Assembly (NCBI GenBank): GCA_965649825.1
Contig: OZ287695.1
Coordinates: forward strand, 124,001-188,000
Origin: Penicillus capitatus
Lineage: Eukaryota > Plantae > Chlorophyta
Length of the DNA stretch: 64,000 bases
Direction of reading: 5' to 3'
This document shows, in pieces, positions 45,021-56,639 of the stretch. The notes beneath the pieces were generated by a model. That model was not told the DNA's origin. It saw only the letters and a program-made list of their open reading frames with translations, and made no database searches. A program made the position numbers and the translations under genes. Every line of letters starts with the position of its first letter. Position 1 is the first letter of the stretch.

Positions 45021-45871
45021 TGTTAGAGCATGGAACGTCACTGTCGAATGACGTGACGTTATCCTATATATTCGCGTACGGACTCACCTGTAAGGAATAC
45101 CCGTCCGACTCTCCTCGCATCGCAGCCTCGACGCGCTCAGACCAATCGCCGACCCTATCGGTCCTAACAACTGGTTTCGGAGCAGGTCGTTCTTGGGGTC
45201 GCGTTTGGGAGCGCTGGTGTCGAGGGCCGCTGCAGAATCGTTTCGTCAGAGATCCGTCGACTGCCTCGGAAGTCGTGCGCCGTTCAGTTTAGAGAGTCTT
45301 GACTATCCGACCTAGTTTTCTGAGCCCGTATCCGTCGTCTGTACCGTGTCCGTGAGAGTTCTGACCGTTATCTGTGACAAGACGAAGCGCGAGGCGAGTG
45401 ACAGTGCCTCGGAAGCGTAAGAGCCGAAGGCTGTGTGGATGGTGATTCCCACAGAGGGAGAAGCATGGGAGCGTTGAGGAGTGACGCACATGGCTCGACT
45501 CCTGGCCAGCTGGCGTTTCGAGTACCAAGTAGTGTCCGACGTAGAAGCCGAAAAGAACCGTTAGAAGATCGACGCGCCGATTTCAGCAGTCGTATTGGGT
45601 CAACATTAGGATTTCAAGCAGAAAGAGTCGGGACATAACACCATTGTGTCCTATTCACTATTCTGTTGTTTTACGGACTTTGTCTCAAGAGAGACTGTCT
45701 GTTGTTTATTGGTGGGGGGGGGTTGTTGGATCGGGAAACGTCACTGTCGAATGACAAGACGTTTACCTATATAACGACGTACTGAGCACCTGTAAAGAAT
45801 ACCCGTCCGACTCTCCTCGCATCGCAGCCTCGACGCGCTCGGACCAATCGCCGACCCTATCGGTCCTACCA
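45021..45871 (+). mobile_element. TRIM-like miniature LTR retroelement (851 bp, non-coding)
   Basis: Direct terminal repeats 45021-45169 and 45724-45871, each TG..CA; PBS-like TGGTTTCGGAGCAGGT right after the 5' LTR (resembles the tRNA-iMet PBS TGGTATCAGAGC); G-run PPT before the 3' LTR; 4-bp TSD GGAC; empty paralogous site at ~33760. Confidence 0.88.
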
Positions 45872-46093
45872 GGACTCTTCTGTTCAATAAAGAGTAATCT
45901 AATTCTCTGTCGCTTCATTCCATTACAGTCGACATCTAATTCCTGACAGTTTCTTCGTACATTGGTATCCGTAACACTCTCGTTGTCGTAGAAGGCAACG
46001 GCAGATGTCTTTAGAGAGAATGAGAAATGTTTAAATGAGAAGTATCATAGCAGTGTTATGTGACATGTGTAGAAACGCAAGAGATGAATACTT

Positions 46094-49000
46094 TCAGTCA
46101 CTCAAAAGGTCCTCGAGGGTGTCTCTTTTCCTCGCGGGGCACTTCGAATTCTTCGCTTCGCAGACGAGGTCCAGAGGAGTGCTTCCTTCTTCGTTTGCGG
46201 AAGACGTGGATGCACCAGCATCGACAAGCACCTAGGATTCTCGCCTCATGCCTAGAGAGAGAATGCATTCGCTATCTACCTCGACGACATCCAAGTGACC
46301 GCCATAAGATGCAAAGTGCAGTGCCCTCCATCCGAATTCGTCAGCGATCTCCACATCCACGCCTCTGTCAAGAAGAACCTGTCCATCGAAGCAGATGCCG
46401 ATGCCGGAAAAACGAAGTAGGTGGATAACGACTTCGACAAACTCAGTCTGGCCGTAACGTGACGCGATGTGAAGCGGAGTCTGTCCATCGTCCGTTGCGG
46501 CATTGATGTCAGCACCATTGCGAGCCAGAATCTGTCGACAGAATTCTTGCGATGCGACAACCAAGTAAGACGAAGGTGGACCGTTGCAATCTGATAGTGT
46601 CCGCCGTAGGCAGCTTCATGAAGAGGAGTCGATTTGTCTTCATCGATCTCATTGACATGTGCTCCACTCGATACGAGAGTCTGTTTGTCATATCATTGGT
46701 CATTAGTCCTCGAAAGACAGATGCAGACAGACCTTCACGATTTCGAGTTTGCCGTAGTACGCCGCATAGAGTAAAGGCGTCCATCCGTATTCGTCGACAG
46801 AGTTGACATCCGCCTCTTCATTTACCAGAACCTGTAGAGTAATGAAGCAGAGAAGGGTTAGAAGGAAGGGAAGAACCAGCAAACCTGAACGACTTCATGG
46901 TGTCCGTTGTACGCAGCATAAAGCAAAGGCGTCCATTCGTATTTGTTAACGGCATTGACAGCAGCCCCACTGGCGATGAGAATCTGCCACCAAATGCTGT
47001 CTGATCTGCAGCGCGAAGAAGATGCAGATGCACCTTTGCGACATCCGCGTGTCCAAAACGTGCTGTATAGTGAAGAGGAGTCCATTTGTCTTCATCCACG
47101 GCATTAACGTCTGCACCTTCGGCTATCAAAATCTGTCCATCAATGACTTTTCTGGCGAGATCTGTAAACAGGGTGAAGATGCACCTTTGCGATATCCACG
47201 CTTCCGTGACGAGATGCCAAGTGCAACGAAGTCGACCCGTGGTCTCCAACGGCATCCACATCTTCGACTTTAGGAGCCAGAATCTGTTGACAGGATCCCG
47301 TATTTCTTAGAAAACGAGAAAACCGCGTTACCTCTGCTGCGCCGATGTGTCCATAGAAAGATGCGATATGCAGCGGATTCGCGCCGCTATTCAGGGCCAC
47401 GTTGACGTCAACGCCTTCCTCGACCAAGGCCTGACGAACACTTTCTTCGACCGGCGTGCGTGAATGGAAATGCGAGTTACCTTCACAATCGCAGAATGTC
47501 CGTAGCGGGAAGCCGTATGCAGCACGTTCCATCCATCCCATCTGACAGCATCGACATCTGCTCCGCGGAGGATCAACATCTGCCAACAGATCTCCATTGC
47601 CTCAGTGTCAAAACCGAGAAAGGGTGATGACCTCTGCAATGTGAGAGTGTCCGAAACGCGATGCGAGATGGAGTGGCGTCCACCCTTCGTCCTTGACCGT
47701 GTCAATATGCGCTCCGTTGCGCATGAGAATCTGTCGGCATCAATCCTCCGCTGTCTTACGGACAAGAACGATAAGGAACGACCTCCGCGATCATGAAGTG
47801 TCCGTATCGTGCCGCTTCGTGGAGAGGGGCGACTCCATTGGAATCAACGGTATTAGCATCCGCACCTCTGTTCAATAGCAGCTGCCAACAAGACCGCGTT
47901 ATGGATGCATCTCACACGATCGCGAACGCACTTTCACGATCTTAAAGTGCCCGGCGAACGAGGCGAGATGCAAGGGTGTCCAGCCGAAGTCTGTCAAAGG
48001 GTCGACGTCGACATCTTCGTCGAGCAGAATCTGTCGGACAACTGCCGCAGTCGAGACACCAAAACGCAGCAAGGGTCACCTTTGCGATCTCCTTGTGTCC
48101 ATAGCGCGCCGCCACGTGCAGCGCCGTCCAGTCTTCGTCTGTCACGGCAGTGACATCGGCGCCAAGATCAATCAGCAGCTGCGAAAAGGTCCTCAGTGTC
48201 GGCGCACGAGGCGCCATGAAAGCATAGAGCGAGCAGAACACGAACCTGCACGATGTCGGCTCTGTCGTAATAGGCGGCGTAGTGCAACACCGTCCACTGG
48301 TCGTAATCTGCAGCGTCAATGTCCGCTCCGTTTTCAATAAGCACCTGCGCATCGTTCGCGATAGCTGTCGTCCTGAACGACGTCGTGGGCTTACCTTTGC
48401 GACTTTATCGTTTCCGTATTGCGCTGCCCTGTGCAGCGGCGTCGCTCCAATATCGTCGACCGCGTTCACGTTAGCATCGGACAGCAGGAGGACCTAAGCA
48501 CGTACAGTCGTGCGTTCTCGCTCTGTGTGGATGCGCAAGCCAGTTTGCTCGAGAGTCGGGAAGCACGCACCCTCGCTACCGACGCGGATCCGTTGACTGC
48601 TGCTACGTGCAATGGCGTCGATCCGTCAACATTCCTTTGGCTCACCTTCGAGCCATCGTCCAATAGAATCTGCAGAACAGTCTTCAGCCGGGACACAACA
48701 GGCATAGCCACATAAAACGCGACAGTCATTGCCACAGTCTTACCTTTGCACATTTGACTGCACCGTAAGCCGCTGTCCAATGAAGAAGAGTCGGCTGTCC
48801 TGCCAATGGATATCCTGAAAGTTCAGAGTTGTTGTAAACGGATTGGACAGATAGGCCATTCGCGAGCACAGATCTCAGTTTCGCGCCGTTATCGTCTGCG
48901 ATGGAAGAGATTGCCTCCTAGAAATACACGTCACTCATCGATCTGTGCAAGGAATGTTAGCAGCTTACCAAGATGAGCGTTCCATGTTCAGCATTCGGTA

Positions 49001-50255
49001 GACGGCTACGATCTTTGATGGTCATCTCTTGTGTTGAACTTGCCGGAGATTCGTTCTGAAGTGAGTTGAGAGAGAGTGAGCACATGTTCTAAAGGAAGAT
49101 GTGAATAACCTTGTCGATGATGTCTAAGATCCAACCCCAGAAGTAGCCAATGCTCGTGAAGGCACCAGGACTGCCTCCATCACACCTCCTTAGACCCCCG
49201 AATGAGTCGATACCGACAACCAGATCCAGTTTCGGTGTTCCTTCACTCACATTACCGTCTGGCATGCTGGGAATGATCAACGGCCCTCCCGAGTCCCCTA
49301 TGAATATCATCTCACTTTACGAATAGAAAGATGGAACAGATTTGATCAGACCACCTCGACAGGCTTCTTGAGTAACTTCAGGTGATTCGACGCAGACGAT
49401 GTGATCTTTTGGGTGAAAGCTGAGTTGTTCTCCACATGGCTGCGGCGCCAACTGGACGAGACTAGTGGCCATCTGCAAGTAACGTGGGTATCGCTCGCGT
49501 CTCGTTCTTCCCCAACCCACAAATGTAAACTCCTGATCCTCATCGAAATTGGCAGTCTGTTGAGCAAATAAGGGTTCCGGCAGATCGACGCTTTGGTCAA
49601 GCTCCAACAGAGCGATGTCATAACCTGACGTCGTGCTACCCTTCCAAGATTCGTGAATGTGCGTCGCTTTCGTCTTCAGTGTCTGCGCAAGATGTCCGAC
49701 GTCTCCAAGCTTATTCGTCAAACGCAGACGCTTACGGGTACAGATGCATTTTGCCGACGATCGCTGAAACCGCAAAGGACTGTAGGCGTTTGTCCGACCG
49801 GTTCTAGTCCTTCCGGGTCGACGCAATGCGCCGCCGTAATAATCCAGTTCTTGTGGAACAGCACACCAGTACAGGTGCCGCTTCCCTCCACGTCCGTGTA
49901 CGTCAAGTGACACACGTACGGAAACCTCTCTTCCGGAACGCGCACTCCCTGTCCAACGCAAAACAAACAATCAACATGCAGACAATAGTGCCAGAGTGAG
50001 ATTGTTTACCCCCGCTACGTTCTGACGATAGTCCGTGGCGTTATCCGTCTCGGCAGTGCCTAACGAAGAAACGCACTCCCGTCGATACACGGCACGGTCG
50101 GCGCAGAGATTACCGAAGGCTCGGTGGTGTGCTCGTATGTCTCCGAAGGACAGATCGCAAGCGACGGCGAGGACAAGGAGTATTGCTTGTGCGAGACGGC
50201 CTCGCCCATTGAGACCGCCACGAATACCGGGCTGAGTTTGTACACTACCTCCCAT
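46094..50255 (-). CDS. Gene E: close paralogue of gene C (S1 protease plus 16 ankyrin repeat exons)
   Basis: Same exon structure as C; WIITAAHC; GYDIALL; QEACRGDSGGP; terminal ..DTLEDLLSD*. Confidence 0.88.
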
Positions 50256-51238
50256 TGTCGTTCCCGAACGAATCGTGTCGCAGCCGGGGTTGCACTAACA
50301 GAAGAACCGAGTCGTTCTCACGTGGATTCAGGCGTCGTAAGAAAGAGTGATTGTCAAAGTCGACTTATCGATAGGTCGAAAACGATAAAGGCAGGATGGT
50401 TGTCTGCTGTCGGAAGCATCTTAAGTAGCTTCGACTGTCTGTACAGCTGTCACGAAGATTCGTGTTTCAGTGAGTGTATGTGACGCGCCATTGATTTCTT
50501 TCGTACTCATTGGCTTTCGTACTATACATTTCTATTCCCGTTTCTCGTCGGCGACAAATCCATCTTCCATGGTCGACACCACACAGAAGCCGCAAGCAAA
50601 TCGCCGGAACGGACATTCCGTGGACGAAAGAGTACGAGGTCTGGGCGCTCGTTCCGCTAACTGCGTCGACACTTGGAGAGCGACACGTTAGAAACTCGAC
50701 GTCAGGCATCCACTTTCGCGAATGCGGGTTAAAGAGGGAGGCTGCATTGCTTTTGTGTCTGGAGGTGCACATACACGCGACAACAGACAACGCGCTGTTT
50801 ACCCGAAGGAATACATCGACGCAACCGTTGTTTTTCAATTGACAACAACTACTGCGGCATAGTTTCTCGTTTCTTCTGTTCTTTACGAACAAGTTGTAAA
50901 TGTTTCTAGAACCTGAACAGAGTTCGTACTGTGCTTGCTGTAAGATGGCTAAGAGCCGATAGTTTGCTGTTCATCCGTTTCGTAAAACGGAAAAAATGTA
51001 AAGCCCGTTTAAACTTGACGATGTCACCTCCGGTTTAAGCATCTATTCTGCTTACAAGATCTCTGTTCCGCTATTCAAGATGCGGCAAGCCGACTGTGCG
51101 TCGACATTTTCTTCATAATCTCTCTCTGTAAACAAAGAACTACCACACGGAGACTCTCTGTTTGCATTTGTACAAGTCAAACAGTCGACGCTGTTTGAGT
51201 AAACAACTCAATGCATTCATTGATTGCGAAGCGCATGA

Positions 51239-51444
51239 TGACGGGTAGAGGACAACGGTTGCGGCCCCGCGGACCGGACAGGCTGTCCGCTTCCTGATAT
51301 GACAGCGGTCCGCGGGCGCCGAGGGTACTTAGGTGACAGGGCTCACCATGTAATCAGTCTCTGCATTGACTCCTTACCGTTTCTCCGCATTCGCACACGC
51401 GTTGGCGCGTTCGCGTCGCGCCGAAGTCAGACGCATCCCCGTCA
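51239..51444. mobile_element. Solo-LTR-like insert (206 bp)
   Basis: TGACGGG...CCCGTCA termini, perfect 5-bp TSD CATGA (51234-51238 and 51445-51449); empty site TATGA at 40051 in the paralogous spacer. Confidence 0.82.
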
Positions 51445-51564
51445 CATGATCCGTGATTTGACGAATTCCCTTGTTTTCGCTGATAAGAAACCAACTAATG
51501 GCACGTATGCGTTCTGGAATCAACAAGCAGACGACTAAGGCGTGTCCAAAACTTTGCGCAATCT

Positions 51565-52176
51565 TGTCGGCAAGACTTTCTATGGCTATGGGACTGCCTT
51601 GCTGTAAAGGGGTGCATGTTCTCTTCTTGTGCTGCTTGTCTTGTCACATGGGCGCATTGACTGCCAAAGGGCCTGTCAGGATCGATTTAAACACTTGTAG
51701 AAACTCAGAGTCGACTCGGCACGCGACGACGACGCAAACGAACGTTCAGACGATAGCACAGGAATACGAGAATGTTTACAACGGGAATATCAACCTTAAA
51801 TACCCACGATGGCCGTGAGTTCCCTAACCTTAATGTCTAACTGTCGAGAACTTCAAGGCATGTTCGAAAACCATCGCCCTATTGTTATGAGGGAGTTGGC
51901 TCGGAGGCTAACCCCCGTCGCGTCTTATGGTCAGCGCGCCAAGGTGGTTACCATGACATCGAACCGCTTGCGACTGCTATGAACAACGGAGTAGGCGCTA
52001 CATTTCCAACCCTGCCCTTTTCTCTGGCTCTGGCAGCGTGGTGACTCATCTGCCTAGGGATGTCTCCTCATTACGCAAGTATTTGAGGGACGATCTGGAC
52101 CTTGTATTACCTTGTTCCGAGCACTTGTAACAGAAGTCTTCCGCTGTTATCTTTTCGTCCGACCCGACCGGCGACA
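51565..52176. mobile_element. Solo-LTR-like insert (612 bp)
   Basis: TGTCG...CGACA termini, near-perfect TSD AATCT/AATCC; absent at the paralogous site ~40171; a related copy lies at 42442-42707. Confidence 0.75.
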
Positions 52177-52850
52177 AATCCATTGGTTAAAGTGGAGAGC
52201 GATCACGTATTGACGTCACTTGAGCAGAGCACGTTGGCACTTCTATTTCTGTTCATGAGTTGATTGATCAAGTCAAGCATTCTTTCTCCCTTGGCAACGT
52301 ATCACATCGATGGGATTGAAGATGTCATGATCAGGATCACTGTCTCCACGGCGTGCTTAGTTAATTCTATGGGCCAGTGTTTGCTTTCTATGTAGCACGT
52401 GTATTGTGCAAGGAGAGGTGCAAAGGCGGAGGATCGTTGTTTAGGCCTGTACTCGCAAAAACAACAAAACAGAGGCATTGAAATCTCGATGAGAGTTCTT
52501 ATTCGCGGGTGTTGTGGAGGATCATTCAATGGTCGAGTGGCTAAATGGGACGATCGCATTAATATCTGGCATCCATTTAAGAATTGTTAGGATTTCGAGA
52601 TGATCCGTGCTACGCCGTCAGTATATACGCTCTAGCACATCAGTCGCATCAAAATCATATCAGTGTTCGCCATGTCTTCGGTGTGAAGATTGTAGAACGA
52701 AGCTTTTTACAACAATAGACAGATAGTTCTTTACAGTTTCATGTTTGGAAGTCCGAATTCGACAATTGCTCATTTAGATTCCAATAGATTTATGGTTCTG
52801 ATATATAGATTTGCAGGATGCCTTAATGTTCCTTCAGACTGGGAACCGTG

Positions 52851-55305
52851 TTACAGATAGAAACACACCCCGACACAGTAGAGTATAACCGGAATTGAGA
52901 GAATAATTGTCCACATGACTGAAGTCCAAACAACTCCCATGACGCCTCCCCATATCACAACACCGATTAGCCACAGACCAGCCGTGAAGCAAAAAACGCA
53001 GGGTGCAATAATCAAAGGTGCAAAGTCGCAGTTTCTGCTGTCGGCCGCCTCAGAAAAAACGATTACTACAGCCCAAATGGCAGTAAATCCTCCAAATGCA
53101 CCTCCAACGCCAAGGGCAATGCCCATGTCACACCATCCGCCAGAATGAGATCCGCATCTGACTAGCCACCGTTCATCGCAGGCCCACTCAGTGCAGTAGT
53201 TCTTTTGTGCTTCAACACATCGACAAACTGCCGAAGAGATCTGATAACTGGAAGAGATGTTTCCCTGCCACTCGAGACAATACTCTCCGCTCGAGTCATC
53301 AGCCGCACATTCGTAGTACTCTTCTGTATCGATCTCGCCATTTGATTTCTGAACGCAATTCCACCTCAGACAATAGCGATCCTTCGCAGATCTCGCTTCG
53401 CACACGCACTCTCTGTCGTCCCTCGCAGATCTCGCTTCGCACACGCACTCTCTGTCGTCCCTCGAACAGTGCCACGATTCGCAGACAGGTGAGCTTTCAG
53501 AATCACAACGACACATTGTGCGATCTCGATCGTCCGACGAATGAGTGGTCTCCCATGATAGACAGTAGTCCCGGCGCTCGTGAATGCAGCGAAACTCTTC
53601 GTGGTATGATCCTCTCGCTCTCTTATACAGTCCCCCTCTGTACATCCCGGAGTTCGAGTAGTATCCAGCATCTCGTTTGAGGATGTTCCAGGAGGTAAGA
53701 GAAACAAAGCCTCCTGCTGAGAATTTTACTTCCTCCGTTCTGTTCGACGAATCTGGACTCCCGGCTCCAACAGAGTTCGATGAAGAAACAGTGCCATCAG
53801 AATCATCTGCTTCAAGTGACGAAGGTATTCCCTGCAAGGCATAGGCAGATGGTCAGAATCGATGTTACCACATCTCTTCACCTCTTCCGACGGTTGTGAT
53901 TGAATCGACTCGGTTGCATCATCTCCATCTGGTGCACCGCCCTCCTCCTAAAAAAGCAATATCAGCAAGAGAAGAACATGGGGAGCGTTCATTACGTCGG
54001 GGCTTGCATCGACATTGGCTTCGATAGTATTTTCCGTTGAAGTCTCTTGAGCAAACGTCGAATCATTCTGTACATCAAGAAAGTCATTGGGACATGTCGT
54101 AAAGCTCTCTTGAGTTCTAAGGTGTTGTAAGCGTATGTTTATCGAATGGACACTCCTATCAGTGCAAACAAAGCAACCAGCTAACACTAGCGTGAACCGG
54201 AACCTGTCTTTTTTGTTACAAACATCTCACCTTGGCGATGTTTCCGTTAGCGACACGTGTCAACCAGTCCCAAAAGTAACCGATGCTTAGATAGACTGCT
54301 GGTGAGCTGCCGTTACAGTCTTTGGACCCAAAAGAAGTGACGCCAATGACCAGATCACGCTCTGGCCTGCCAGCCGTCAGGTTGCCATCCGGCTTGTTCG
54401 GGATGAGCAAAGGACTTCCAGAGTCACCTGAACGAAGAAAAACGTAATCTGAGTAAGTATGGGTCGGATAAGGAGAGAGCTGTAGCTCACCTTCACAGGT
54501 ATCCTCGTACATTAATCCAGCACAGATCATCTTTTCAAACTCGATGCCAAACCTTTTTCTGCAACGTTGAGGAGGAAGGTTGATCAGATTCTCTGCCATC
54601 TGCAATCGATCTGGGAACGCGCCTTTTCGGTTCCTCCCCCAACCTACGGCGGTGAACGCTTGTCCGTATATGAATTCGCCCCCTTGTCTATCGAATACAG
54701 GCAGTGTGACGTTCGCCTCCCTGTCCAGTTCGATCACAGCAATGTCGTATCCTTCATTCACATCCCCCGTCCAGGAGTCATGCATATGGGCGGCCACGCC
54801 ATTGAAGGTCTGCCAAGGAAACACGAAAAGTTAAGGAGACGACAGCGTGATTTGGGAAACGGAACCAATTCGGGAACATAGTCGTTGAGGTCGTGTATCC
54901 CGCAGTAGACGAGAGGATTTCTTCCGACTGTTCCGGAACGGGAGGGGTTAATGCAGTGGGCGGCAGTCACCACCCACTTTTGACGAAAGAGCGTCCCTCC
55001 GCAGACGTGCTTTTCGCTCACTCTGTCGAGCAGACTGCAGACGTACGGGAATCTGCCAACCGGCGCCTCCACTCCCTATTGAAAACACAACGCAAAACAC
55101 ATTGTCAAAGCGCGTTGTCAACCGAGGTAAACATACCGCTATCTTTGGAACGCTGTTCGTGAAGTTGGAGCTCTTTTTGTTCCCTGCAGCAAAAAATGTC
55201 ACTGCTTTCTTCACCAATTAGAGACGACAGACCCGGCTGAGTAACGGCCACAGGAAGTCCGATAAAAACGAGCAGCAAAACCGTTCTTGCAAGTGTGAAT
55301 CTCAT
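52851..55305 (-). CDS. Gene F: signal peptide, trypsin-like S1 protease, acidic stalk, Cys-rich domain, 3 TM helices (paralogue of B; protease nearly identical to D)
   Basis: MRFTLARTVLLLVFIGLPVAVT; VVTAAHC; GYDIAVI; EDTCEGDSGSP; phase-0 stalk exons NDSTFAQET.. and EEGGAPDG.. join the 52851-53837 ORF. Confidence 0.8.
53384..53461. repeat. 39-bp perfect in-frame tandem duplication in the Cys-rich domain of gene F
   Basis: tcgcagatctcgcttcgcacacgcactctctgtcgtccc twice, i.e. RDDRECVCEARSA twice; single copy in gene B. Confidence 0.92.
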
Positions 55306-56639
55306 GCCTTCGACCAGAGGGGAGTTTTCAACATACGACGGAATATATGAGTCTATTTTGATGGTAGACGAATGTTCGCTGTACGGTACGTACGCTCGCA
55401 TATCCCTTTAACGACCCGAATCGGTTTCCGCCTCTTCGAATCCAATTCTCTTTGAAAGAGACGGCATGCTCATGCTTTCGAAAAACGGTCCTTTCTTATT
55501 GACGAAGAGGTCTTGCGGTCTTAAAAAGGCTTAATCTCCCTCTCAGTTCGCACAGTGCGGCGGAACATGGCATTCGTGTATACGCAGACATGAATTACAT
55601 TCAGCTCATTTTTGTTGCGATGATCTCGATCCAACGACATCGGCCTCGAGACATTGTCAGACAGATAGTAGAGATGCTTTTGCAAGAGCAAGATATCCGT
55701 TAGCTAAGAATGAATACCCCGACCAGTTCAATTCTCATTTGCATGGTCCCCAAGTCTCATAATCAGTTTGAAAACAGACAAGTGTGCATGTTGGTTTTCT
55801 GCTCAATCTTCAATCCATTAAGAGTTTCAATCTAGTGACGGCTCCGAGAACCAGGCACCACGTACGATTCCTTGACGAGCACTCTGGTCAGCGATCTCCC
55901 TCTGCAATGGAGAAGTGTGTTGTGTTGTTGACGATCGGACGCATTCAGAATTCTTCGCGGCGGCACCGCCATTCGACTTCCTTAGAGAAACAGTATATTA
56001 AACCTGAAACGGAACTCACTATCTGCACCCGTTTTGCAAAAGAGCTGAGAGTCTTCAGAGTGGAATGGCAAACGAGTTTGTCAAATCTTTGTCATGGATT
56101 GTGCATTCACGAGTCTTAGAGCGTTTTACCTCACCTTCATCAAGCAATCTCGAATCATCTTGTTATGCAAATACAGGACACGCATCCTGCAGACACGAAA
56201 TATAAGATCACTATCGAACAACACCCCCGAGATCATCACGGCATGTCCAATACGAACTGCACGAATCAAAGAGACAACAAGAACAAGGCAGTTAGGTTTC
56301 AACCAGAGTGTGGCACTTGGTGTGATTCGAGCAGGCATATGCGTCACGCACGACTGTCTGTGACATTGAATGATTGCGGGTGATACTAGAGTCCGAAGAT
56401 AGATGCAGTGCGTTTAGCCTCACCCTTTTGAACAGCTTGAGCTTTTTTGCATCGATCTCATGGTTCGTCCGTTTGTGTGTGGCACTCTTTACCGGATACT
56501 CCAGCCAGCGCACGAACGATTTCTCTCCGTACTCTCACTGCCGATTCGCGAACAGTTTGCACGATACCGAACAGTGGGACCAATACTGAAGTGTTAAAGA
56601 GATTTGCAGTTCGTTTATGTGAGATAATTCTTATACTCT

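Noticed and set aside
55420-56600. Short ORFs between genes F and G (e.g. 56165-56383)
   Set aside because: Interrupted by stops in all extended frames; no recognisable transposase or host motif.
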